A stretch of DNA of 64,000 nucleotides from Eledone cirrhosa (Eukaryota), in the NCBI GenBank assembly GCA_964016885.1, contig OZ024741.1, positions 297,476,001-297,540,000 on the forward strand, read 5' to 3'. How positions within the stretch are numbered: position 1 is the stretch's first letter; every line of letters starts with the position of its first letter. The translations under genes were made by a program, and so were the position numbers. Below are positions 13,998 to 27,655 of the stretch, piece by piece. The notes under the pieces are model-generated. The model worked only from the letters and a program-made list of their open reading frames with translations, was not told where the DNA came from and did not search any database.

Positions 13998-16961
13998 AGT
14001 CTCGTGTGTGTGTGCGTGTGTGTGTGTTTACATTTGTATCTGTGTTTATATCTTGTAACTTAGCAGTTTGACAAAGAGGTCGACAAAATAAGTACTAGAC
14101 TTGACAAAATAAGTATGGGGGTTGATATGATGGACTAAGAATCTTGCAGTTTAATAACTGAAACCAGTAAAAGAATAAATAAACAAAAAAAAAACATTAA
14201 TTAAGTTGACCAATTTAGCAATTCTAAAACAATAAAGACAGTTTCTCCAAAACTTAGAAGTCTTCAAATGTTCTAAACATTTATCAAACATGAGATCAGA
14301 GAAGAGGGGGGGGGGGGCTGATGGAGCCATGAAGTTAAAAACAGATGTAAAAACAATGAAGTTGATGATTTCAGTCTTTCAGAGCAATATGGCAAATTTG
14401 GGTGGGTTGGCGTTTGGTGTTGGTAGCCATAGTGAATGTTGGTGGTGATGTGATAGCCATGGTGAGTGTTGGTGTGACATTATCAAACACAATTCAGTCT
14501 TTCAGACCAACATAGCAAGTTAGGGTGGGCTGGAGTTTGTGGTAGTAGCCATGGTGGGTGTTGATGTGATGGGTGGTAGTGTGTGGTGTAACTGTTTTAA
14601 GGAAATTAGTTATCATTGTCACCATCATCATCACCATAATCACCAGTCATTGTTATCATTATCACCACCATCATCATCATCATTGTCACTGACATCATCA
14701 TCATCATTTAACAGCTATTTTCCTAACATGGGTTGGGCAGGCTAGACATACAGAAACGTACACACATAACACATACATATCTAGATATACACATATACTG
14801 TACACAAGCACATCTACACACATGTAAACATATACACACACATACATATCTACTCATGCACATATATAACACATACATATACATATGTGGAGACATGTGG
14901 TCTAGTGGTAAGGTTGTTGGACTTACGATCATAATGTCGTGGGTTTGATTCCTGGTTGCTCCAGTATACTCAGCTGAAAACAAGTATCAGCAATATCTGG
15001 GGGGTTAACTCTGCAATGGACAGGCGTCCTGTCCAGGAAGTAGTCTTGTACTCTCAGTTGCTTTATGCCATGAAACTGGGATAAGTACCGGCTAAATGAG
15101 CTTTTTGGCTTAAGACAGACTTTAGACATATACATGTACACACACACTCAGACACTCACGCATATCTACACACTAACTTTCAGTATTATTATTCTCCTTT
15201 GGACATGTCAACTAGAGAATCCTTACATGGTTACTCAACCTATTAGAAATAGCAGCCAAATATCTCTCAAGCCACATCTTAAATAAAAGGACATAATGCA
15301 ATACCAGATACACAAATTCTGAAAAAACAACAAAATATAAACACAAGATGGCCAGGGATGAAAGGCCTTTTTGATCATAAGTCTGCTTGGTTAGTGCTGA
15401 CCTACAGCTAAATCATAACAGCAACATTACAAAATTGTGTGTTCCCAGATTTCATGTACTCAATGAATCATCAACAACATTATTCTGTTTGTTTTTTCCA
15501 TGCTTGCTTTGGGTGGATAGATCTTTTCTAGTTAAACCTTTCTCCACTCATTGTGTTCCTTCATCTCATCTGAGGTTCAATATTTTGAGAATAGCTTTCA
15601 CTACTTCTGTCCAGGTTTTCCTTGACCTTTCTCTTCTGCAGTATCCTTCTATCCATTTCTTTACCAAGTGATCATTATCTACGTCCCTTTACGATCTGAG
15701 TTCAAATCCCGCCGAGGTTGACTTTGCCTTTCATCCTTACGGGGTCGATAAAATAAAGTACCAGTAATGCACTGGGTAATTACTGGCCTAGTGCCTAAAG
15801 TAGAAACAATTATCTATACACATCACATGTCTAAACCAACATAGCCTTCTTTTTTGCATGCCCACTACATCCGATTCATCTTGTACCTAGTTTTTTTTCT
15901 CAACTCATCCATGTTTCATCATTTATACACATTAATGTCACACTCCTACTGTAGCATGCTTGCTTCATTTCTCTCCAGCCTTCACATATCTTTGATAGTC
16001 ACTTACTAATTAGGTCACATGGGTAATAGAAGCTATCAATTAATAAGTCTATTTGACTGTCTCAAGCCAAAGAGGCTCATCAGGCTGGTGCTTATATATA
16101 TCTAAGTCTAAAGTCTGTCTTAAGCCATTTAAGGCTCGTTAGGCTGTAGCTTATCCTGGTTTCATGGTGTGAAGCAACTGAGAGTACATGACTCTTCCCT
16201 GGATAAGATGCCAATTTATTGCAGGGTTAAACCACTCCAGTTATTGCTGGTATTCGTTTTCAGCTGAGTATACTAGAGCTATGTGAAATGAAGTGCTTTG
16301 CTCAAGAACACAACACACAACCTACAACATTATGATTGTAAATCTAACACCCTTACCACTAGGCCATGTGCCTCCCATCAGTTACTACACTTTCAAAACA
16401 CAGATAGTACTAAGATGCAGTGAAATTAGTCAAAGCTGCAGAAAATGTTTGCAAACTGGAAGCAAACTTCATGGATTCATGATAGAAAATGGACATAAAA
16501 CATACATTTCAACAAAAACAAAAAAATATTTTAGAAAGTTGATGTTGGATTTCAGAGGACTCTCCACTTTGGCTGTACATATGCTGACCTCTCTAGAAAT
16601 GCACATAGTACAATTTGTAAAGAGGTTGGTATTAGGAAGAGTATCCACACATAGAACTCATGCCAAATACGGAACATGAGCAGAGGTCGCTCTGAAATGC
16701 CCAGTTTCAAACCATGACAAATCATTCAACTCATGCGAGTATGGATCATCAAACAAATGATGATGAAGGCAGTTTTAAAAAGCAAACTGAATGGAAAATA
16801 CAAAATTATGGAAATGAACAGATAGGTTGCTTTGATTATAATGTACAGAGCTGGGATTATGAAGTGAAACAAAGAAGAGATTTGGAGGAAACAGTGTAAA
16901 AAGTAAAGAAAAATGTTGAACCCTGGCTTGTGGCAAGAACACACTAGGCCAATTTATAGAT

Positions 16962-17230
16962 TTAACCTTTAGCATTTACATTACTCTATATTTATTATTG
17001 TATTTTCAAGGTAAACTCTTTATTTCACATAATTATTTCACATAATATTGAATCTATGGCATTTTGATATTATTTATTTTGAGAATACCTTAACATAAGT
17101 ATGAGCAGCTGGTTACAGCCGGTTTGAACAGAAAGAGGTGAGAGAATTCTGGCTGGATACAGCCAGTTTGAAGAGAAAGAGGTGAGAGAATTCTGGCTGT
17201 ATACGGCCGGTTTAAATGCTAAAGGGTTAA
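16962..17230. mobile_element. piggyBac-type MITE with TTAA target duplications
   Basis: TTAA-CCTTTAGCATTTA ... TAAATGCTAAAGGG-TTAA termini, with an internal tandem duplication at about 17115-17210. Confidence 0.7.
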
Positions 17231-17689
17231 AGTTGCATTGAAAAGAATGGAAGAAGAGACAAAGAAAAAGTGGAGGAATAAATTGATGGGCAGTTAATAA
17301 AAAACATGAAAAGTGGATTAGATATGCAAACACAGCCTAGTGGTTAAGGTGTGGAACTCATGTTCATAAGTCAAGAGTTCAATTCCTGGACTGGCCTGTT
17401 TCCTGAAGTTAGTGTTGCAAATAGTTAATTCATTTGCATCACAGACTTCTAGGAGTCTTGTTCCCTCTTCATATCCACCATGTACTCCAATGTAGCCATC
17501 CTATTGTCTCAGAATGCACCATACAATGTAACTTAGTTATTATTGACATCAGTGTAAACACAAAATGGAACAAGAAACGCAGAAAAATCTGGCAAAGGAG
17601 AATATGGAAAGACTTCTCAGTTAAATATATAAAGCTCTACATGATGCATACGAAAAGGAAGAGATAGATAGATACATATGACATAGAGG

Positions 17690-18030
17690 TCAATTGGAAG
17701 TTTCTATGTGAAAACCTACGATTGAAATTGACTGTTATAGAGTCAAAGAAGAAATCAAGGATATGAAAAATGATACAGCCATTGGTCCATCAGATATAGT
17801 TGCTGAGACGCTGAAATCTTCTGGGGAACAAGGAGTCAAACTAATCAATCAGGTAGCATGTGATGGGGTCATACCCAATGACTGGTGTAGTAGTATACTC
17901 ATTAATTGATACCAAGAAAAAGGTGATGTACTATAAAAGAACACCTATAGGGGCATAAAACTAATGGATCAGGTAATGAAAGTGACAGAAAGAGTTTTAG
18001 CACAACTAATTAAGGAAAGAGTTAAACCCA
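17690..18030 (+). mobile_element. RTE LINE fragment
   Basis: GPSDIVAETLKSSG...IPNDWCSSILI...YRGIKLMDQVMKV. Confidence 0.75.
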
Positions 18031-18435
18031 TGGTAGCATTGAAAAGCAGCTGTAAAATGATGATGATGATATATATAGTTTCATTTTAATCCTGAGCTAT
18101 ATGTGTATGTATATATATATATAAATATACATAAACAGTACAAACTGTAAATGTGGTTGGTATTAGGAAGGGCATCTAGCTGTAGAAACCAAGCTAAAAT
18201 CAGTTTTGTATGAGCAAGATGTGGTCATCTGACCTGGTTGTCTCACAACAGGATAACTTGCTAATGTGTAAAATTGACTATAACGATGATGATGATTCAA
18301 TTTTCTCATTTTTATTTTTGTTTCCTTTTACTCTATTGCTACTATATTTTATAGTGTTTGAGTATGAACAATATAATAAATTGTTTTAGTCAAATACAGG
18401 TATAGTAAATTCATTTATTAATTTATATGAATATA

Positions 18436-18625
18436 GGGCGGTGGATTGGCAGTATCGGTAGAGGGTCGGACGCCATGCTTTCCAGCATAGTTACGTCCCT
18501 TTATGATCTGAGTTCAAATCCCGCCGAGGTTAACTTTGCCTTTCATCCTTACGGGGTCGATAACATAAAGTACTAGTAATGCACTGGGATAATTGCTGGC
18601 CTTGTGCCTAAAGTAGAAACAATTA
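18436..18625 (+). mobile_element. tRNA-derived SINE, short-tail subfamily (full-length copy)
   Basis: A-box-like TGGCAGTATCGG, B-box-like GAGTTCAAATCC, core gaggttaactttgcctttcatccttacggggtcgataa and tail cttgtgcctaaagtagaaacaatta. Many copies occur (22665, 22888, 45695, 46341, 52655 and others). Confidence 0.8.
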
Positions 18626-19071
18626 ATTTATATGAATACATTTTTATGTATCTGCTGACTGTTACTAACCAGTGGTAAATGTATACTTCAGCATTTACCT
18701 GTTATATGATGGCTAACTCTCTTGTACGAATATATTGATGATGATGATGATGGTGGTGGCGATGGTAGTGATAATTAGTTCGTTGTTTACTCAAGGTTGG
18801 TTGCAATAAGTGAAACACTACAATAAGATATTTAATTATCAAATTTTTAATTAGACACACAGAAAATTACAATTCAATTTTATGTATGTGTGTATGTGTA
18901 TATATGTGTGTTTACACGTCTTGTGTTCTGTTCAGTTGTCTGTATATATGTGTATTGACTTCTGTTCAATTGTACATGCATGATTTTTCTTTCTTTTTTT
19001 ACTCCCTAACACTCTCCCCCTTCCCTCTCTCTCTCACATTGCTCTTCTTTCTTTCTCTCTCATCACACACA

Positions 19072-19890
19072 CATACAAAGGACATTAAAAAAGTTTGTGG
19101 AAATGTAAAATGTCTTTTATAGATAACTATACAAATATTTTTCTACTTGCTTGGAGCAACTTAAATGTGTATAGAAGGCGAATTCTAGCCTGTATGATCC
19201 ACAAGTAATTTGAAGCAATAATTTGAAATTTATGCCATTTTACAAACAACCAGCACCCTTAAAGCAACATGTGTTCTGCCAAAACTGAAGCAAAAGACAT
19301 CAAATTTATGGTAAGACTTGGTTGGAAGGAAAAGAACATTATTGAAGCTTAAATCAGCAATTTATAAATGGATAACTAATTTCAAAGAAGGACGTGATGA
19401 AGTTGATGCTGAATGGACAGGAATGCCATCAACATCAGTTTGTGAAAAAAACAAACAAACAAGCAAACAAACCGATGCTGTCTGAGATTTAATTGATGGA
19501 GACTGACGATTAACAGCAGAAAAAATAGCTCATACCCTAGATAGCTCGGTTGGTTCAAATCACACAATTCTAAGTGATTCATTAAAGCTGAGCAAAATTT
19601 CTGCCCACTAGGTGCCAAAACTGTTGTGTCTGGATCAACAACAAACAAGAGTAGAGCTTTCTTTAGGAAATGTTAAACAAATGGGATCAAAATCCAGAAG
19701 GCGAATTGTGATCACAGATGAAATGTGGCTTTACCAGTACAATCCTGAAGACAAAGCTCAATCAAAGCAATGGTTACTCAAAGGTGGAAAGGCTCCAGTG
19801 AAAGTAAGAGTGAACTATTCAGGAGGGAGAGTTTATGGCAATAGTATTTTGGGATGCTGAGGGCATTTTGTTAGTTGAGTTCTTAGAGGT
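19072..19890 (+). mobile_element. Tc1/mariner transposon relic (left end and partial transposase)
   Basis: IKFMVRLGWK and RRIVITDEMWLYQYNPEDKAQSKQW...VFWDAEGILLVEFL. The left terminus resembles the TIR of the 54683 element. Confidence 0.85.
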
Positions 19891-20239
19891 TTCAGTTTCA
19901 GTGGTCTTATTCGCGAAGACTAGGCTTTTTTAGACGCAGCCTTTACTTGCCTCGTAGCTACGTCACTGGGTTGTGAGAGTTTCCTTGCGAGTTACAGGTG
20001 TCACCCATTGCTCCATCTCACCTAATAGTTTACCACCGTTGGTTCAGGGTTACTTATTTATCCAGCAGTTGCCTGCTTATATCGTAACTAGGCATCATAT
20101 CTGGTGGCCGTATTGCTATCTGCGACCTGCAACCCGTTCTCTAGCGTCAATGAAAAAGAAAGCAGATACAAGAGATGTGCTGATTCAGCAAAGGGGCACA
20201 CCACAAGGTGGAGATGCACCACAGATTGCAAAAAAAGAA

Positions 20240-20957
20240 AAAAAAGTGACTGTTTTGGACTATAATAAATATATGGGTAGGATTGATCAATCAGACATGA
20301 TGCTGTATTTTTATCTGGATGAAAGAAGAACTATCAAGTACTGGAAGAAGTTCACATTTAATCTTGTGTCGCGTATGCTGCTCAACACCTACATTCTTTA
20401 CAAGGAACATTCAACAGGAAAAAATCATGAATTGATATAAATTCAACACTTCAGTCATTGAAGCACTTAGCAAAGAACACTCGGATAATAAAAATGGTAG
20501 AGAAGCTGCAGCAGGAACAGGTATGTGCCCTGTGCCCAACAATGGTGAAAAGGACTGCTGCTTCTGTAGCAACCGAAAGATAGCCAGAGGCAAGAAAATG
20601 AGTAGAATCATGTCTGAAGGGCCTCCATAGGCCTTGCTTCCCAAAACACAAGTGTTAAGCCTTATTCAGCCTTCATCCATCAGAAAGTGGGGAAAAAAAA
20701 GATTTATGTGCATAAATTATGCAAATCAGGATAGCTCATTTGAATAAATGTTGAGATTTCAGTTTGATTCATAAAGAATGTTTTAGTTCATTAAATTCCC
20801 CAGAAGAATATATATAGAATATATATATAAAGTAATTACTATATTTTTTATATTTTTCTTTGAAAAATAAGTGCATGCCCTCTATAGGGCTTTGTGAAAA
20901 GAGCTCCGTTTTCTTGGCACTGAAATTCCAAATGAAGCTCCGTCTCCAAAGAGTTAA
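20240..20957 (+). mobile_element. piggyBac transposase C-terminal fragment and right terminus
   Basis: VLDYNKYMGRIDQSDMML...KYWKKFTFNL...LNTYILY, then a Cys/His-rich C-terminal remnant; the element ends ...CCAAAGAG-TTAA at 20957. Confidence 0.85.
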
Positions 20958-21439
20958 TTACTAATAACCAAAAACACTCCTCTTGGGATGCAGATTTCGA
21001 AAATTAAATGTGTTATTCTCTAGGCCGCACTGATTAGGAGCCTTTCAGACACAAACATATATACATAGATGCATACGCTCTCAAATATATATATGACAAG
21101 ATGACAAAGATGTTGATGAGGATAATAATGATGACACAATCTAAACCACATGTGGGATTGGAGACCAATGGTAGCAACAAAAACATTTTGAAGATAACTA
21201 TACTATAATATGTATGGGTTTGTGTGTATATTCATATCTCTGTTTATGTTCCATAACTTAGCAGTTTGACAAAAAAAGATTGCTGAAATAAATATCAGAC
21301 TTGAAAAGAATAAGTTCTGAGGTTAATATCATCAACTAAAATCAAGATGGTGTCCCTACATGACTGCAGTCTGATGACCAAAACCAGTAAAAGAGTGAAA
21401 GAATACATGAGGTAATGTTTATTTCTCCCAACGACTTAC

Positions 21440-21586
21440 CTTTTTCAAGAACTTTAGTTCAGATTGGCACTTTTTCTCCAGCTTAGAATAACCATTGATG
21501 TAGGTCTGCTGTTGACAGATATTGATGAAATTTTCTGCCACAGATTCATAGGTTTTTAGTTGTATGTTTTCTAACAGTGAAGCCAT
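21440..21586 (-). CDS. First coding exon of a probable UPF0415 / C7orf25-family homolog (exon 21440-21648 including 5' UTR)
   Basis: Acceptor ttttcttgcccCAG before 21648, ATG at 21586 and donor AAG|GTAAGT at 21440/21439. The peptide MASLLENIQL...INGYSKLEKKCQSELKFLKK resembles the C7orf25 N-terminal [20 protein letters not shown] as recalled. Downstream exons were not located. Confidence 0.65.
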
Positions 21587-22289
21587 TATTATTTTATTTC
21601 TTCTTTCATTGGCTGCATACAATCATTTGCTGGGCTATTACTTGTAACCTGGGGCAAGAAAAAGTAAGTGAGTGAATAGTTATTTGCAACTGCTTGAATA
21701 ATGAAGGCTATAAAAATACAATATTTACATAAAGAAATGTATGCTTTGTACATGAATATATATATGTTGAATATATATAAAGTGTAGAGAGATACAAAGC
21801 CTAATTTAAATTACTATTGGGTTTCGAATGATTATCTCACCCTGCTTCCGCTTATTTTTCACCCCCATCATCACTTATTAAATTTTGTTAATCTAATTTT
21901 ATTTTAAATGGTAGCATTCCTGTGACAATTTTCTTTATACATTAAAAAAACATTATACATGACAAAAATAATACATTACAAGAAAACCCATCTGTTATAA
22001 AATAAATAGGATGTAAATTAAATGACTAATTCTGATGAAAAAAAAAAATCAAAGGAGACAACCTAGAAAAATTAACGATTTTCCAACCCCACTTATTATT
22101 TGGGACCTGAGAGTATGTGGAGAAAGCCCACTTTTAATTTACAGGTACTCTGTAATTCAAATTTAGATTGAGAGAGCTCTTTACAGTATGGGTACAGTGT
22201 TGGTCAATACTTTTTGAATTTCCTGAAAAGACACTTCACCTGGAATTTTGCTAAGATGTTTCTAACATCCTTTTCTTATCATACCTAAT

Positions 22290-22645
22290 AATTATTGATA
22301 TTTTCTTCTCTCTACTCAGCATTTTGTTGTTCCTCAACTGGCATTTGGATTGTTAGATTTCAAGCTTTTCCTGTAGCCATAGGTACATAGCACCTTCCAT
22401 ATGGTTTTTGCAGTGCTAAGCAAATAAGCCTTCTGTAAAGTCAGGAAATTCATCCCTATATCTAACATCAACCAACTATCCAAACCTCTAGCCACCCTCC
22501 CTAAGGCTCCTAATACAATTTGGATAACACATTTGTGGCAATTCCAGATTCTTTGTATTTCAGATTTCAGATTTTGGCACTTTTCTCTTTCTCATGTTTT
22601 TTTACTACCATTCTAGTATCAAATGGGCAAGCAGCATCAATTATT
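22290..22645 (-). mobile_element. R4/Dong-type non-LTR element 3' fragment (restriction-like endonuclease)
   Basis: IDAACPFDTR...IQRIWNC...IVLGALG...LQKAYLLSTAK; adjoins an (ATT)n run. Confidence 0.7.
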
Positions 22646-23959
22646 ATTATTATTATGATTATTAGGGGAGTGGATTGGCAGTATTGGTAGAGCGCCAGAC
22701 ATGCCTTGCAGCATGTAGTTATCGCTCTTTACATTCTGAGTTCACACCCTGCCGAGGTTAACTTTTCTTTCATTCTTACTGGGTAAATAAAGTACCAATC
22801 ACGCACTGGGGGTAAATTTAATCAACTTTCCCTTCCCCAAAATTGCTGGCCTTGTGCCTAAATGAGAAACCATTATTATTATTATTAGGGCAGTGGTTTG
22901 GCAGTATTGGCAGAGCATCAAACAACATATTTTGCAGTATATAGTTATGGCCCTTTATATTCTGAGTTCAAACCCTGCCACGGTTAGCTTTGCCTTTCAT
23001 CCTTATGGGGTCGATAAATAAAGCACCAGTAACGAACTGGGTCAATTTAATTGACTCACCCCTCCCCCGAAAATTGTTGGCCTTGTGCCTAAATCAGAAA
23101 TCATTATTATTATCATCATCATCATTCCTGAAAGAAGTGAACAAAAAAAATCAATTAAGAAATCAATTCCAAAACCTGACTCTACTAATATCAGGAGAAT
23201 CTTAACATTCAAGTTTAATTACTTATACGTTATGGCTGGATATTATTAACATATACCATATGTCCAATGAGATTCAAGAATTTCAAGTGAAAGGAAGAAA
23301 TGGAAGAGGAAAACTTTAAAAAAACATGGACAAAAGTAGTGAAAAAGATGAGAAAGGAAAGAGACAAGTGGAGAGATGCTGTACTGGAGGGGACTAGTCT
23401 AATCCATACAAGTATGAAAAAATGGATAAAAATAATGATGATAATGACATCATCCTCATTTAACAGCTGCTTTCTCTGCTATATATACATACAAACACAC
23501 ATATATCATCATCCATTTTTCCATGCTAGCATGGGTTAGACGAATTGTCCAGATGTGAGCCAAGCCAGAGCAGATGACAATCTCCAGCTCACACTGGACC
23601 GATTTTGGGTTTGTTTCTACAGCTGGATGCCCTTCCTAATGTCAATCCCATTTACAGTGTGTGCTGGGTGCTTTTTGTTGTGACACCTACATGACCACTT
23701 TACAGTGTGGATAGGGTGTCATGACACCTACACAACCATTTTACAGTGTGGACTGGGCGCTTTTTGTTGTGCCACCTACACAACCAATTTACAGTGTGAA
23801 CTGGGTGCTTTTGTTGTGGCACCAGGCATGACCACTTTGCAGTGTGGACTGGGTGGGGAGGTGCATAGGAATTGGGGATGAAGATCTAGGGTGGGGTACT
23901 TATCAGGTGAGGGGCGGATGAAAAGGGGTGTTAGGGCGTTGGAGTTGTATGGAAAGGGA

Positions 23960-24310
23960 AGGTAAGGGAGAGTAGTGTGTACTAAAAGTATGCTTTAGTC
24001 TATGCACATGGGAAGGTGGGTCCTCTGAATTATGGCATAATGCCAGAGATCACGATCCTGTGTCATAGTCATTAGGAGGTGTAATTGTGCAAGGTCAGCT
24101 TTTAACACCTCATTCCAAGTCTCCCTAGGCATAGCGTCCATCAACTTTGAATGCCCTGCACCTTTTTATATAGCTGTCATCCAGCATACACATCACATGT
24201 CCATAGCCTCTCCTGCACTCTACATTTGATCCCTTTTATACCCAGTTTTTCTTACAGTTCATTTATACCTTGCCGTTCATGTATATTACCATTACACATT
24301 CACCGAAGCA
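23960..24310 (-). mobile_element. RTE LINE 3' fragment
   Basis: Reverse-complement homolog of 2235-2580. Confidence 0.7.
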
Positions 24311-24337
24311 TATATATATATATATCCAAAACATAAC

Positions 24338-24411
24338 TATTTCATCTGATGAACAGGCCGGACGTTTCTGTAATGATTGTCTAGTTTCTTGAAACCTTTG
24401 GTAATGGAATA
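24338..24411 (+). ncRNA. Type I hammerhead ribozyme motif (Penelope/retrozyme-like)
   Basis: Stem I TATTTCAT/ATGGAATA, core CTGATGA (24346-24352), imperfect stem II, GAAA (24391-24394), minimal stem III CC-TTT-GG and cleavage triplet GTA (24401-24403). Confidence 0.6.
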
Positions 24412-24487
24412 ATTCTATTGTGTTGTTTATTATGTACTATGCATAGAGTACTCTTCTTTCCCTTACCGGTCCTACGGAAATACTTAG

Positions 24488-24553
<66 letters not shown>

Positions 24554-24640
24554 AGATTCGAAAAGAATTAAGCTGCCATGCTTCGATGAATGTGTAATAG
24601 TAATTATACGTGAATGGCAAAGCATAAATGATGATGATGA

Positions 24641-24682
<42 letters not shown>

Positions 24683-25360
24683 TCCATATATTTCATCATG
24701 TTTTTCGCTGTGACCATTCTTCTCTCCCCTTCTACCTACCTATTTCGCCACTTTCTACTCACACCCCCTTTTATCCCTATCTACTCTTACCCCACTTGCT
24801 TCCTCTCCCTTTCTCCTTCTCATTTTCACCCCCTCGTCTGACCTTAGTAGTTCTCTTCTCACTTACAACCGCGGGGATCGGACGTGTGTCTTTTCTCTCG
24901 ATTACTCGGTCTTGAACTTAAGTTCTCTTATCGAGTAGTCTTGGATTTCCTACCTATAGTTGCTCGCACATTGCTCGGTTTGTGGGGGTTTTTTCCGCTG
25001 TTTTGTTACTGTTTCTGTTTTCTTCCCCTTTGCTTTCCTTCCTTCGTTTTCCCAATAACTTATCCAGTTATTGACGCCCTGGGGTGAAGTGGTATCTTGT
25101 CTTTAAAGCGTAGAAATATCCTAGACCTCCAGTAGACAACTGATGAGGACCCCCCCCCCCCCACGTTCTTGCTTTCTTCGTATTCCCACTACATTTTAAG
25201 TTACCTTAAATAGCAACTACACAGTCATTTCTATTCTCCACATATATATATATATAATCATCAGTTTTCATTTGTCTTCTTTCACACTGGCATGGGGTGG
25301 ACAAGTTGTCGCAGTTTGAGGCTAGCTATGTCCCATATTTGGTATGGTTTCTATAGCACT

Positions 25361-27410
25361 ATATTGAGGGTGGTATGTCGTGGATAACAGTCACATAACA
25401 CAATATTGAGTAATGGTATGTCGTGGATAACAGTCACATAACACAATATTGAGTGATGGTATGTCGTGGATAACAGTCATATAACACAATATTGAGTGAT
25501 GGTATGTCGTGGATAACAGTCACATAACACAATATTGAGTAATGGTATGTCGTGGATAACAGTCACATAACACAATATTGAGTGATGGTATGTCGTGGAT
25601 AACAGTCACATAACACAATATTGAGTAATGGTATGTCGTGGATAACAGTCACATAACACAATATTGAGAGTGGTATGTCGTGGATAACAGTCACATAACA
25701 CAATATTGAGTAATGGTATGTCGTGGATAACAGTCACATAACACAATATTGAGTAATGGTATGTCGTGGATAACAGTCACATAACACAATATTGAGTAAT
25801 GGTATGTCGTGGATAACAGTCACATAACACAATATTGAGTAATGGTATGTCGTGGATAACAGTCACATAACACAATATTGAGTAATGGTATGTCGTGGAT
25901 AACAGTCACATAACACAATATTGAGTAATGGTATGTCGTGGATAACAGTCACATAACACAATATTGAGAGTGGTATGTCGTGGATAACAGTCACATAACA
26001 CAATATTGAGTAATGGTATGTCGTGGATAACAGTCACATAACACAATATTGAGTAATGGTATGTCGTGGATAACAGTCACATAACACAATATTGAGTGAT
26101 GGTATGTCGTGGATAACAGTCACATAACACAATATTGAGTGATGGTATGTCGTGGATAACAGTCACATAACACAATATTGAGTAATGGTATGTCGTGGAT
26201 AACAGTCACATAACACAATATTGAGTAATGGTATGTCGTGGATAACAGTCACATAACACAATATTGAGTGATGGTATGTCGTGGATAACAGTCACATAAC
26301 ACAATATTGAGTAATGGTATGTCGTGGATAACAGTCACATAACACAATATTGAGTAATGGTATGTCGTGGATAACAGTCACATAACACAATATTGAGTGA
26401 TGGTATGTCGTGGATAACAGTCACATAACACAATATTGAGTGATGGTATGTCGTGGATAACAGTCACATAACACAATATTGAGTAATGGTATGTCGTGGA
26501 TAACAGTCACATAACACAATATTGAGTAATGGTATGTCGTGGATAACAGTCACATAACACAATATTGAGTGATGGTATGTCGTGGATAACAGTCACATAA
26601 CACAATATTGAGTAATGGTATGTCGTGGATAACAGTCACATAACACAATATTGAGTAATGGTATGTCGTGGATAACAGTCACATAACACAATATTGAGTA
26701 ATGGTATGTCGTGGATAACAGTCACATAACACAATATTGAGTAATGGTATGTCGTGGATAACAGTCACATAACACAATATTGAGTAATGGTATGTCGTGG
26801 ATAACAGTCACATAACACAATATTGAGTAATGGTATGTCGTGGATAACAGTCACATAACACAATATTGAGTAATGGTATGTCGTGGATAACAGTCACATA
26901 ACACAATATTGAGTAATGGTATGTCGTGGATAACAGTCACATAACACAATATTGAGTAATGGTATGTCGTGGATAACAGTCACATAACACAATATTGAGT
27001 AATGGTATGTCGTGGATAACAGTCACATAACACAATATTGAGTAATGGTATGTCGTGGATAACAGTCACATAACACAATATTGAGTAATGGTATGTCGTG
27101 GATAACAGTCACATAACACAATATTGAGTGATGGTATGTCGTGGATAACAGTCACATAACACAATATTGAGTAATGGTATGTCGTGGATAACAGTCACAT
27201 AACACAATATTGAGTGATGGTATGTCGTGGATAACAGTCACATAACACAATATTGAGTGATGGTATGTCGTGGATAACAGTCACATAACACAATATTGAG
27301 TGATGGTATGTCGTGGATAACAGTCACATAACACAATATTGAGTGATGGTATGTCGTGGATAACAGTAATATAACACAATATTGAGAGTGGTATGTCGTG
27401 GATAACAGTG
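25361..27410. repeat. 43-bp minisatellite, about 47 copies, highly homogeneous
   Basis: Unit ATATTGAGTAATGGTATGTCGTGGATAACAGTCACATAACACA. Variation is almost confined to one site (GTAAT/GTGAT/GAGT). Confidence 0.97.
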
Positions 27411-27655
27411 TTGAATGGTATATTTTGAATAAGCCAGCACTGAACGGACGACTTTACTTTTTGTATTGAACCTGACCATTTTCCAGACAGTATGATCAAC
27501 TTATACTTCCATATATTTCTTACATAATGTGATTTGTTCACTTGAAATGTTTATCTCATTTCACACGGTGTGTAAAGATATTATTTTCGTGTAATGACTG
27601 TAGTAATTAGTAAAAAACAATTTTTAAATTTTAAATAGAAGCAATGTCAACTTAC

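Noticed and set aside
14200-14300. Possible next exon of the C7orf25-like gene (minus-strand EHLKTS)
   Set aside because: No convincing phase-0 acceptor or donor, and the similarity is too short.
16293-16899. ORFs of 60-128 aa
   Set aside because: They span SINE/RTE-tail remnants and show no recognisable domain or splice structure.
25135-25200. Second CTGATGAG hammerhead-like core
   Set aside because: No downstream GAAA or stem III could be found.
25361-27410. Possible CRISPR or coding repeat (ORF 27281..27541)
   Set aside because: Pure tandem repeat with no unique spacers; the ORF is incidental.
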